Positions 32,762 to 42,745 of a stretch of DNA of 55,532 bases are shown piece by piece. A program made the position numbers and the translations under genes. The notes under the pieces were generated by a model, which saw only the letters and a program-made list of their open reading frames with translations, did not search any database and was not told the origin of the DNA. The stretch is from positions 1-55,532 of IMG/VR virus record IMGVR_UViG_3300045738_001117, one strand, 5' to 3'. Each line of letters starts with the position of its first letter. Positions within the stretch are counted from its first letter, which is position 1. Source of the DNA: a virus. Lineage: Duplodnaviria; Caudoviricetes.

Positions 32762-34621
32762 ATGCCACAACTTGATTTAACAACTGGATATAGAAAAACT
32801 GGTGGCGGGCAAATCCAAGAGTTTTTAAAAGTCCTTAGTACATTAGATTATTGGGAAAGGAAGACTTTAAGTGATACAAGGGCCGCTAATTTAAGTTATA
32901 TGGAAGAATCTGCAACGTATTTTCAGACATCTGATCCTGCTGCGAGGGATAGTATAATAGCAGAAATAACTACCTATAAAAATTCTACTGATAGAAGAGT
33001 ATCTCAAGCTGCAGAGTTTCTGCTACCTCGTCTTAAGCAAACTAATACAATCTTAGATTCAACAGAAGAAGTGTACACACAAGTAAAAAGTATCGAGTCA
33101 AAGCTCGAGGAGAAAGCGGATTATGTTAGAACATCTGACATGAAAAGTATTATAACGAGTGCCGTTAATGCACAAAAAGATCATGCGGCGGCTTTTTCTG
33201 GAAAAGAATATCGAGTAATGGACGAAATAATTAAATCTGAGGATGAATTAAACAAACTATCTAACTATCTTAGATATTTTGATTATGATAAGCAAATGGC
33301 TGGTATGCAGTACCATGAGGATTTGCCGCTTGGATATGTAGGTAGTATTACTACATTGCTTGATAGGTGGGACAGAGGTGAAATGACTGCTGGGGATTTT
33401 AATAAAATATTAGCACAAGAAAGAGAAGAAGGTGGTCTTGGAATAGCTACGCCAGGCGTTTGGAAGACACAAGAAGATATTATAGTTGAAGGATATGCTG
33501 AGGAAATGGGAAGAATTGATAATCAAGCTACGCAGATTATGAATAGTATAAGTCCTACAATAAATTCTATTGTTACGGCAGATTTCGATAGCGACGAAAG
33601 AAGTCTTTTTGGAGTAGGAACAGTACCAATAATAGCTCAAAACAGGGAAGGTGAATGGGATATAGGATTTTCTTCACTTGTTAGGAATGTATATGTGCTA
33701 ATGGGTGAATGGGGTGACGGTAATGTTAAGAATTTACTTGGCAAAAAAGAAGAAATATATCCACTAACAACAACAGATCAATTAGCAAGATTAAAAGAAC
33801 TATACGATGAAATAATAACAGAAGGCACTGATGTTGACTTAAAAAACTGGGCTCTTAGTAAAGGCCCTGAAAGAGTAGCAATGGCTACACAAACGCTTGG
33901 AGAGGTTATGGAGCTTAAAAAGCTCTTTGAGAAAAAAAATGAAACAGGTTTAAATGCAAGAAAAATTTCAAGCGAAGCAAAAAATCGTGCTATATTTAGG
34001 ATGCCAACAGCTGACGAGCCAACAATTAACCCTGATCTTCTTAGATTTCCTACTGGTCAAGCCGCATGGCTTGGCTCTTCTAACTGGCGCCCTGAATACA
34101 AAAACTTAGAAGAACTTAAAGAACATTATTTTGAGGGATATGATATATCAACAGGAGAAACTTATAAGCTTGTAGAAGCTGGATTAATAGATAAAAAAGT
34201 TTATGAAGATATGGCCGCTGAGGGAAAAGATATTCATGGATCACTTGCTGCCCTCGAAGAAGATGATGAATGGATTGAAGAGCCAAATTGGCTTACAAAA
34301 GTTGTTAGAGAAATTGCACCTATTAGATTGTGGAGGCAAAAGCAAAAAAGGGAAGAAGCATTTGTAAGAGCTGACATAGAAATAGCGAAAGAGGAAAAGA
34401 GAAGGGCGAAAGAAACTATAGAACTCATAGAGGAGGAGTCCTCAATGCAGTTTTTAAAAAATGAAAGAAAGAAGTTAGTTAAATATTCAAAAAACCTCAA
34501 TTGGGAGAAACTTGAGAAAATTGCTAACGCAATAGGCGTTGAACACAAGGGAGTTATAAGAAAGGACCTTATAAAAATTCTTTTTGATACTATTGATGCA
34601 AGAATTGAAGCTGGGGAATAG
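32762..34621 (+). CDS. Putative internal virion protein with C-terminal Rho_N/HeH-like motif
   Basis: 619 aa helical; LNWEKLEKIANAIGVEHKGVIRKDLIKIL. Confidence 0.65.
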   Translation: MPQLDLTTGYRKTGGGQIQEFLKVLSTLDYWERKTLSDTRAANLSYMEESATYFQTSDPAARDSIIAEITTYKNSTDRRVSQAAEFLLPRLKQTNTILDSTEEVYTQVKSIESKLEEKADYVRTSDMKSIITSAVNAQKDHAAAFSGKEYRVMDEIIKSEDELNKLSNYLRYFDYDKQMAGMQYHEDLPLGYVGSITTLLDRWDRGEMTAGDFNKILAQEREEGGLGIATPGVWKTQEDIIVEGYAEEMGRIDNQATQIMNSISPTINSIVTADFDSDERSLFGVGTVPIIAQNREGEWDIGFSSLVRNVYVLMGEWGDGNVKNLLGKKEEIYPLTTTDQLARLKELYDEIITEGTDVDLKNWALSKGPERVAMATQTLGEVMELKKLFEKKNETGLNARKISSEAKNRAIFRMPTADEPTINPDLLRFPTGQAAWLGSSNWRPEYKNLEELKEHYFEGYDISTGETYKLVEAGLIDKKVYEDMAAEGKDIHGSLAALEEDDEWIEEPNWLTKVVREIAPIRLWRQKQKREEAFVRADIEIAKEEKRRAKETIELIEEESSMQFLKNERKKLVKYSKNLNWEKLEKIANAIGVEHKGVIRKDLIKILFDTIDARIEAGE

Positions 34622-34629
34622 TTGTCTAA

Positions 34630-37600
34630 ATGCCCTATTTAGATGACTATAAAACAGTCCCAGGATTAGCAGCTTATATTCGTAGAGGACAAGCAGTGCT
34701 AGCTGAAGAAGAAGGAATAACTCCTTTTCTTTTACATCCAAGATTACCAGACGAAGAAATTATAAGTACATACTTTTCAGCACATCCCGACCAGATTAAG
34801 AATCTTGATGAGAGAATAGGGAAAGAAGTATTTCCTCGAATATTCATGCTCCCAGGAGAAAGGTTGTATGAAGAGTATGGGCAAAAGTATGCGGCTGGAC
34901 TTTTTGAAGTATGGGGCAAGGGTTTAGCTGAGCATGCAGTTAATATGGTTGCCTATGTCCCAGGTCTCCTTGGTATTCATGGACCAAGGAAGTGGGCTCA
35001 AGAACAATCTAGGGAGTTGCACAGCTCTCCATCAATGCAGGCATACGCCGCATGGAGAGAAGACGAACCTGTGACATGGGATAATTTTATGCATATGGAT
35101 ATAGCCTTGAGGGGTCTTGGTGAAATGTTGCCATCAGTAACAATCATGGCTGCGTCATATTTTGGGGCTCTTGGTGCCTCTTCAAAAATAGCAGGACTTT
35201 CTGGTTTAAGTCCTCAAGCTGCCGCATTTACTACAATGGCTATTCTAGAAGGCTCTGGAGAATATATAGAAGCTATGGATATTCTGGTAAATGAGATGGG
35301 GATAGATGAAGATGAAGCATGGAAGACAGCTGCTCCCGCATCTATTGCGTATGGAATGGCAGCTGGTTATCTTGAGACAACCCCATTCTTCCACTTTTTA
35401 AAGAAATGGTCCCCTGATGCTGAGAAACATCTTCTTGGAGGATTGGTTAGGAAGTTTGTTAAAGGAAGATTTACACTTCCAATGTCTAGAAGAGCAGCTA
35501 GTGCAATAGATATGTCAATTCTTGAAGCTTCTACAGAATGGAGCCAAGGAACACTGCAAAATATAATTAACAAAGAAATACTTTTAGGTTATGCCACCTC
35601 AAATGAAGAAGCATTTACAAGGTTATGGCAAGAGTTTTCAGATGACCAGGAGATTTGGGAGCAAACATACGCTGGTGCGGTTGGTGGTCTTGCATTTGGT
35701 CTAATTGGTGGTGTTGGAGCTAAAAGAGGTGAGGCTCGTGCAAGAAGAAGGGCTCGAAGGGAAATAGTTGAAGAAGCAGCTGAAGCACCGATAGAGGTAC
35801 CACTACAAACTGGGGTTATCCAAACTGGTGAAAGAAAAGGCGAGAGTGTAGATATTGTTGGTGAGACTAAGAGTGGTAAATCATGGGTAATACAGTTTGC
35901 TGATGGCGGCGTAACAAATAAACTTAAAACAAGTGTCCTTATGGAAGAACCCACTGTTGCTGCAGCTGCTCCTGCTGCGGTAACCTCTAGAGAGTATTTA
36001 GAATCATTAATTATAGGAAGGCCACCTGTTATTATTGAAGAACCCCCTGCTGGTGAAGAGTACGATCTACAAAGACATATTAGAAGCACACAAGATTACA
36101 GTTCATTTGAAGAAAGACAATTAGACTTTTTTAAATATACCGAAGATACTAGCATCATAGATAGGTTAAGTGAAGAAGATAGAGATGTTTTATTAGGTAA
36201 TATAGGCAAATTCTTTGAAGAGCGTGAAGTAGTAAAGGGTGAGATAACTGATGAAAGAACAAGAAGTCTCATTGATATGTATGCAAAAGGAGATATATCT
36301 CTTAAAGAAAAAGCTGAAAGAATAACACCTGAAGAAGTTCTAATAGAAAAAGTAGTTACACCAACAACTGCAGAGGCTGAAACCTTCCTAGAACAAGCTA
36401 TGATGGAGTCTGAGATTGCGGCTCAAGTTGAAGCGGCTGGCTATACTCCTGGTAGTGAAGGGTTTGCTGAAGAACTAGCAACAAGAGTTGGGTCTGTTTC
36501 TGACGAAGAAGCAATACAAGATATATGGAGGGAGTCAGTTATAGCTGGTGTTGGTCAGCTCACTGGAGTACCCACTAAAACAGAATCTAAGGTTGAAGAT
36601 TTAAAAGTAGAATCTGTTTCTGATGAAGAAGTATCTAAGGCAGGGAAGGGATATAGTAAGGGTGATATAGTAAGAGTAAAACACGTAAAAGGCAAACCAA
36701 TTTCCAAATTATCTGGTAGAAATTATCAGATTGTATCCCGTGGAAATAACTCAGCTACTATTGCAGATATCCAGACAGGGAAATTACATCAGCATATTCC
36801 ATATGACTTAATATATAGGGTAAAAGCAGAAGCTCCTAGCGAGAAAAACATTAGTAAAATGTACGCAAATGACCTCAATAAGATATTAAATTCATCTGGA
36901 ATTGTTGAGAGTGCAGCAGAAGGAAGTGTAGAAAAAGAGATATATGAGTCTTTGCCTAAGACTGGAAAGGGTAAAGTATCATTTTCAGGGGCTGATAAGA
37001 AGATAGTTGCTAAAGCTGTCAGTGACTTTGTAAACAGACGCAAGCCTACAACCGAAGCACCACCATCTGAGGCATCAATAAGACAAAAAGAAGAGTTTAA
37101 TAAAAAAGTTCCCGCTATGTCAGTTGCTCGTTTAAAAGATATTTTAAAAGAACACGGAATTGAAAAGGCTGATAAATTAAATAAAGCACAATTAGTTAAA
37201 AAAGTACAAGCTCTCCCACCTGCTCCTACAGTCGAAGAAATATTTGATTTTGGTGAAGAAGCCCCAGCTGTTGCTCCTCCAGCAAAAGCAGTCACTGCAA
37301 AAGATGTACATGATGCAGCAATAAAAGCTAACTTGGAGCCCGATAGTAAAGAATTTATGGATATGTCTAAAGAAGTTGTTGATGAAAGACATATTGATAA
37401 TATGTCTAACGATCAAAGGAAACGGCTTATAGACTTTATTAAGCAAGAAGAAGCACCTGCAGTTGAAGCTCCTGCAGTAATACCTGATGATGTAACTAAG
37501 TCAGGTATTGAAATATACAAAAAGTTTATTACACAGCCTGATAAGATATATCAAAATTTTAAGTATATTATTTTGAATACTGGGAGGAAGTCATTTGGTT

Positions 37601-40600
37601 GGTTTTCTGCTTGGTACGGCCCTATAGATTACACATATACTGGAATAACTCATAAAACACAAGAGATGCCTAAAGAATTTTCTGATCTTGCAAGACAGAT
37701 TGAAGAAGCTACAGGAGTTGAAAGTGGATATTATAACAGTGCTTTAGTAAACCTTTTCCCTAAGGGTAAAGGTATAAGTGCACATGCTGATGATGAGAAC
37801 ATATTTGTTCGTGAAAATAATACTATTGGTAAGGTAGCTACTGTTAGTTTAGGTGGTTCGACTCAGATAACAATATCAGGTGCAACTGATGATGTAATTA
37901 CAGTAGACGCTGGTGATGTTTATGTAATGCCTGGTCAAGAATTTCAATTAAAGCATAAGCATGCAGTGGGTCCATCTAATCGGGAACGAATCAGTTTAAC
38001 ATTTAGACATATACCTAAGATTAGACTTGCAGTAGAGCCAGAGCCAGTTGAAGTAAAGAAGCCAGAAAGAACAAAGAGAGAAGAAAAAGGCGATGCTTTA
38101 ACTAAAGATGAAGTGGCTTCGATTGTTAATGATATTATTAAAAAGAAAGAAGGTGGTGAATACAGTGTAGAGATTGAAGTTGGCAAAGCTAAGAGATATA
38201 CAATAGAAGGCAATAGAAAATCGTATAAGAAAATAGTAAAACGCATTACTGACAAGATGCCATTTATAAAACCATTTGGAGAAAATTTTGAAACAGACAT
38301 TGTTGACAGAAGATTAGTCTTACATGACGAGAGTACTGGCACTGAATATATAATTAACTTGCCAGAAGCTGATCCTTCTACAGGAAAGAGGGTACTAGGA
38401 AGAGCATGGGGAACCTTAGTTGAATGGTCTAAAACTGGAAATCTTGATACTCCACCGCATGAGTTTTTCCATGTTTACTTTAATCTAAGAGAAGGCAGCC
38501 CAGAAAACAAACTGGCTGTAAAGATATTTGAAGCAGCTGCATATAAATGGACTAAGAATGTAAGAAAGATTAAGAAGGAGCTTACCCCACATGAAGCTGT
38601 TGGTGAGTATTTAGCTTATCATGTTGGTAAATACTATGTAGAGAGATTAACAGGTAGCCTTGCTAATAGAATAGGTTCATGGATAAAAGTATTCTGGTCA
38701 AAGTTAAAAGCTATGTTTGCAAAGTCTAAGCTTACATCACAAGACATATTTAATATTATAGCTAGTGGATTTTATTCAAAAAAGAAAGTAGAGCCGACTA
38801 GTAGCGAGCTTGATGACTTCAATATATCTACACACAAAGACAAAACAAATGCCGAATATGATGTAGAAGACGAAGATGGAAGTGAAGACGATTATAATGT
38901 GTGGGAAAGTTTAAGCGACCCTGATATTTCAAGCATAAAGAGATTAGAGCTGACTACTAGAACTATATTTGGCAAAAATCTGCTCAGTAAAGAGCTTGTA
39001 AATATACTTATGAAAGCAAGGGAAATTGAGGTGCGGAGAGACCCCACTAAGAGCTTTTCTGAAGCACATAATGAGTTTAGAGATTATGTTATTAATGCAA
39101 ACTTTGTTGATGAGTTAGATATAATAAGAAGGGAAGAGTTTTTAAAAGGTGCATCAGAAATAGCTGGTGAAGGTCGCAGTGTTATAGGTCTCAAGCGAAG
39201 AGATTTAAATAATTTACGGTTCTTGTATCAGTTTGCAAGCAGTACTATGCCAAGAGAAGGCAAAATAGAATTATGGGTTGAGAAAGACAGGCACGGAGGA
39301 ATAACATCTATTAAGAGACTCCCACCAGATATTGATCCTATCACTGGGAAGGCCCAGTCTAAGTTTGTAAACATGAGTTTCATAGACGATCTCCCTGGCA
39401 ACGTAGGTGCAAAGACTATTTTGTTGAAGTTCAGTAATATTGTTAGGGGTTTATGGTCATGGAAAGACAATGATGGTGTATCTCATACAAACTATATACC
39501 AGCCGCAGTTGAACAGACTGTAGATAGAAATGCGTTTCTTGATAAAAGACTTGGTGCAATGGACATAGCTCTAATAGGTCCCAAAGGACTTGATAAGTCA
39601 GCGTTTTTAATGACATTTGTTACTGAAGAAGACAAAAAAGAAGGCAAGAGCTTAGACGAATATCTAAGCAGAGAAGTTAATAGTAAAAATATATCAGTTG
39701 AAGATAAAGATGCATTTCTTGCTTATGCAAAAGAGAATGAAGAGTATAATCCGAATATAAATAGCCAGATAGTTGCCAAGCATAAATGGTGGAAAGCAGT
39801 CTTTGGAGATAAGTATCTTATTTGGCAAAGAGAAACTGTGACTACCACCGAAGATATGCTTAATAGAACAAGAATAGCACTGTCTGAGGGTATTATAGTA
39901 AGAGGTCTTGGGGAAGTTTCAACATTTATTGTTGACCCTGATAAAGTTAGAATTGAAATTCCAAGCAGAAAAGTAAAAGGTGAGATTAACAGTTATGAGT
40001 TAGGAGAGAAGTGGGATGGTGGAATGTATTGGTCTTCTGAACTCTCTTACAGGATTCAGGATAAATTAGGTAAGAAGCCGCTTAGAGGCGAGTTCAGTCT
40101 TTCAGAAGTTAAGCCTGCAATTTGGCATAAGACTGACAATGGTTTGTTAGCAATGAAAATGAACTGGTTCTTTCCAAGACCTGGGACACGACTGGTAGAT
40201 AAAGAAACTGGTGAGGAAGTTCTAAGAGTAATAGGCGAGCCTGGTGATATAAGAATTGTGCTTCCAGATGGTACTCTTGTAGATACGTTTGCAACAACAT
40301 TAGAAACTAAGAAGATGTGGGGAGACTTTGAGGGGAAGACTAATGAGGTTATTAATATACCTGAAAAGTCAATAAGGATTATCCAGACAACTGATCAAAA
40401 AGGAAAAGATACAGTGGCATTTCCATTTGGAGCTGTTGACTTAATGCTGTCTAATGATTTGCAAGCTGATAAAGAATTTGTTAAGGGATACGATGTAGCA
40501 ACAAAAGAGATGTTTAGAAGGGCAAATTCTGTAATCAGTCTACTGATAAACGGAAGAGCGCATCCTCAGAACTTTAAAAGACTGTTAGAAGATATCGGTA

Positions 40601-42744
40601 TTCTTAAAGATGTTGTTTCTACTATTGAAGAAGAAGCTCTCAAAGAGACACACGATTTTGCTATATTCCATCCACATTTTATGCAGAGGTTTGAGTCATC
40701 TATATTTAATTATGCGTTAAAGTCAGCTGCGTTTAGAGGAAGAGTAAAAGGCAAAGGAACATATATTGCACTTGCCCCAGACTTTGAAAACGAAATAGAT
40801 GATGGCGAGATAGGTTTTGGTGATAAGAATATGGAAGTCTTAAAGAATGCTCAGAAGAGAGTATTCACAGACGAAGAACACGAAGAATTTAGAATACTTC
40901 TAAGAGATAGAGCTACAAGGCCACAGGCAATGGAAATGCTTAGTGCAGCCCTTGAAAAGAATGATATTTATGTTATTAGGACTAGGAATCCTATTACAGA
41001 CATAGCAGCTTTTGGAATAAAAAAAGTAAGTGATATTGTTGCAGGTGCTGGAAATGTCGCAATGTTATCGAATAATGATGTTTTCGCTGTTATTCAAGGT
41101 GACTTTGATGGTGACCATCTATCTATTGATTTTATAACAGCTGAAGAAGCAAAGGCTTACTTAGCTATGCAAAACAGCAAAGCATATAAGGCAAGGCAGA
41201 AGCCAGTTGTAATGTCTTGGTTTGAACATCCTGCGGGAGTTGGGTTGCTGTCTGATCTAAATGCTGTACATGAAATTGGAGAAAGAGTATCTTTAGCACA
41301 GTATGCACAGGGCGTTATGACAAACTTAAAAGCTGTTCGTGAGGTATTGGCATACAAAAAGATATCTATTAAGGGTGAAGATGTAGCTGGTAAATCGGTG
41401 GTGTACTCAGTTGTCAATCCTTATGATGAAGTTATAATGGACTATGCTCCACTTGATGTTAGTAACAAGGACTTAAAGAAGAAAGAAAGACAGGCAATAT
41501 ACGATGAAATTATTGAGGCTAAAGGTCAAGTTGTAGATGTCAATGAAAACAATGTTAAGTTTGATGACATAAGCACAGAAAATAAATACTTTCTTAAGAC
41601 TAACTCAGCACATGAAGTTTCTATACTTACTCAGGCAGCTGTGGACAACCCTAAAGAGTTTCTATTATACCACTGGAAGTATAACGGCTATCCATTCCTA
41701 TGGAGTAGGGTGATTAAAAGAGATGATGGGCAAAGAATGGATATTAGTTTTCCTGAAACATCTGAAGTAGCTAATGATGATTATATTAGAGATGTGTGGC
41801 ACTGGATGGGTCAGGTATTTAAATATTCAGCAGCAAGGCGGGGAAGAGATAGAAAATTGAGACCACTGTTGCCAGAAGAAGTAGTTGGCTTTTCTGAAGA
41901 TATCATGGGCATGGCAGAAGCTTCGGAGGAAGAACTAAAAAACTACGTTGTTAAGAGAATGAAGGTGGCTGCTTGGCTGCAGAAAAAAAGCGATAAGGCA
42001 TTTGTGCATCAACTGCAAAATGACCACAAAGTGGACAAAATAAATATAAAGAACAATATTACTCCAACTGAAAAAATATTTGCAATGTATGCAGAGATTT
42101 ATGAAGAGACAATAGATGATGAAGCAACACCAACTGATGATGGTGTCGTTACAAGGATTCCAAAAGATTTAAGAGATCATGCTCATCATCTTGGTATCAG
42201 GCTGTTAACAAAGAACTTACCTAATGTCTTCAAAAAAGCTGGAGTTAAGATAGTATCAAGAGAAGAAAATATTAAAGCTGCTAAAGACGGAATTAAATGG
42301 GCTGACAGAGTTGGCTCGGACTTCTTAAATATATTTGCTGACCAACAATATAAGGATAAAAGAGGCAAGGTTCACAAAAAAGGAGCTGGTTTCTCATATA
42401 GGGCAAATTATTCAGACGCCCTGTCAGCGTTTATAGTAGATAATTTAGATAGTTTTAGAAATCTCTCAAAGCCTGCGCAAATGTATGCTTCTTGGTACTA
42501 TCTAAGGGGAATTTCTAAGGTTGATTATAGAGTAAAGTCGGCAGTAAAAACCATATCTAAGGTTGAAGCATTATTGCCTATGGAGCTAATGGACAAAGAT
42601 GTATTTATTGAGTATCTTGACAGTTGGGGGATGGCAGTTCAGGATGAAGATGCTGTTGCTAGTATCGTTGTAGAAAAAGAAATTGAGGACGAAGGCGTTA
42701 CAGTTGCAAGAGTCTTTAACAAAGTACAAGAGGAAATTTGTTAA
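34630..42744 (+). CDS. Polyvalent virion protein: membrane-type N-terminus, HeH, AlkB dioxygenase, zincin and two-barrel RNA polymerase
   Basis: H1052-x-D1054...H1111...R1120-ISLTF-R1126; H1277EFFH; R2119NP...GD2158FDGD; located in the ejection-protein cluster. Confidence 0.85.
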   Translation: MPYLDDYKTVPGLAAYIRRGQAVLAEEEGITPFLLHPRLPDEEIISTYFSAHPDQIKNLDERIGKEVFPRIFMLPGERLYEEYGQKYAAGLFEVWGKGLAEHAVNMVAYVPGLLGIHGPRKWAQEQSRELHSSPSMQAYAAWREDEPVTWDNFMHMDIALRGLGEMLPSVTIMAASYFGALGASSKIAGLSGLSPQAAAFTTMAILEGSGEYIEAMDILVNEMGIDEDEAWKTAAPASIAYGMAAGYLETTPFFHFLKKWSPDAEKHLLGGLVRKFVKGRFTLPMSRRAASAIDMSILEASTEWSQGTLQNIINKEILLGYATSNEEAFTRLWQEFSDDQEIWEQTYAGAVGGLAFGLIGGVGAKRGEARARRRARREIVEEAAEAPIEVPLQTGVIQTGERKGESVDIVGETKSGKSWVIQFADGGVTNKLKTSVLMEEPTVAAAAPAAVTSREYLESLIIGRPPVIIEEPPAGEEYDLQRHIRSTQDYSSFEERQLDFFKYTEDTSIIDRLSEEDRDVLLGNIGKFFEEREVVKGEITDERTRSLIDMYAKGDISLKEKAERITPEEVLIEKVVTPTTAEAETFLEQAMMESEIAAQVEAAGYTPGSEGFAEELATRVGSVSDEEAIQDIWRESVIAGVGQLTGVPTKTESKVEDLKVESVSDEEVSKAGKGYSKGDIVRVKHVKGKPISKLSGRNYQIVSRGNNSATIADIQTGKLHQHIPYDLIYRVKAEAPSEKNISKMYANDLNKILNSSGIVESAAEGSVEKEIYESLPKTGKGKVSFSGADKKIVAKAVSDFVNRRKPTTEAPPSEASIRQKEEFNKKVPAMSVARLKDILKEHGIEKADKLNKAQLVKKVQALPPAPTVEEIFDFGEEAPAVAPPAKAVTAKDVHDAAIKANLEPDSKEFMDMSKEVVDERHIDNMSNDQRKRLIDFIKQEEAPAVEAPAVIPDDVTKSGIEIYKKFITQPDKIYQNFKYIILNTGRKSFGWFSAWYGPIDYTYTGITHKTQEMPKEFSDLARQIEEATGVESGYYNSALVNLFPKGKGISAHADDENIFVRENNTIGKVATVSLGGSTQITISGATDDVITVDAGDVYVMPGQEFQLKHKHAVGPSNRERISLTFRHIPKIRLAVEPEPVEVKKPERTKREEKGDALTKDEVASIVNDIIKKKEGGEYSVEIEVGKAKRYTIEGNRKSYKKIVKRITDKMPFIKPFGENFETDIVDRRLVLHDESTGTEYIINLPEADPSTGKRVLGRAWGTLVEWSKTGNLDTPPHEFFHVYFNLREGSPENKLAVKIFEAAAYKWTKNVRKIKKELTPHEAVGEYLAYHVGKYYVERLTGSLANRIGSWIKVFWSKLKAMFAKSKLTSQDIFNIIASGFYSKKKVEPTSSELDDFNISTHKDKTNAEYDVEDEDGSEDDYNVWESLSDPDISSIKRLELTTRTIFGKNLLSKELVNILMKAREIEVRRDPTKSFSEAHNEFRDYVINANFVDELDIIRREEFLKGASEIAGEGRSVIGLKRRDLNNLRFLYQFASSTMPREGKIELWVEKDRHGGITSIKRLPPDIDPITGKAQSKFVNMSFIDDLPGNVGAKTILLKFSNIVRGLWSWKDNDGVSHTNYIPAAVEQTVDRNAFLDKRLGAMDIALIGPKGLDKSAFLMTFVTEEDKKEGKSLDEYLSREVNSKNISVEDKDAFLAYAKENEEYNPNINSQIVAKHKWWKAVFGDKYLIWQRETVTTTEDMLNRTRIALSEGIIVRGLGEVSTFIVDPDKVRIEIPSRKVKGEINSYELGEKWDGGMYWSSELSYRIQDKLGKKPLRGEFSLSEVKPAIWHKTDNGLLAMKMNWFFPRPGTRLVDKETGEEVLRVIGEPGDIRIVLPDGTLVDTFATTLETKKMWGDFEGKTNEVINIPEKSIRIIQTTDQKGKDTVAFPFGAVDLMLSNDLQADKEFVKGYDVATKEMFRRANSVISLLINGRAHPQNFKRLLEDIGILKDVVSTIEEEALKETHDFAIFHPHFMQRFESSIFNYALKSAAFRGRVKGKGTYIALAPDFENEIDDGEIGFGDKNMEVLKNAQKRVFTDEEHEEFRILLRDRATRPQAMEMLSAALEKNDIYVIRTRNPITDIAAFGIKKVSDIVAGAGNVAMLSNNDVFAVIQGDFDGDHLSIDFITAEEAKAYLAMQNSKAYKARQKPVVMSWFEHPAGVGLLSDLNAVHEIGERVSLAQYAQGVMTNLKAVREVLAYKKISIKGEDVAGKSVVYSVVNPYDEVIMDYAPLDVSNKDLKKKERQAIYDEIIEAKGQVVDVNENNVKFDDISTENKYFLKTNSAHEVSILTQAAVDNPKEFLLYHWKYNGYPFLWSRVIKRDDGQRMDISFPETSEVANDDYIRDVWHWMGQVFKYSAARRGRDRKLRPLLPEEVVGFSEDIMGMAEASEEELKNYVVKRMKVAAWLQKKSDKAFVHQLQNDHKVDKINIKNNITPTEKIFAMYAEIYEETIDDEATPTDDGVVTRIPKDLRDHAHHLGIRLLTKNLPNVFKKAGVKIVSREENIKAAKDGIKWADRVGSDFLNIFADQQYKDKRGKVHKKGAGFSYRANYSDALSAFIVDNLDSFRNLSKPAQMYASWYYLRGISKVDYRVKSAVKTISKVEALLPMELMDKDVFIEYLDSWGMAVQDEDAVASIVVEKEIEDEGVTVARVFNKVQEEIC

Positions 42745-42745
42745 T

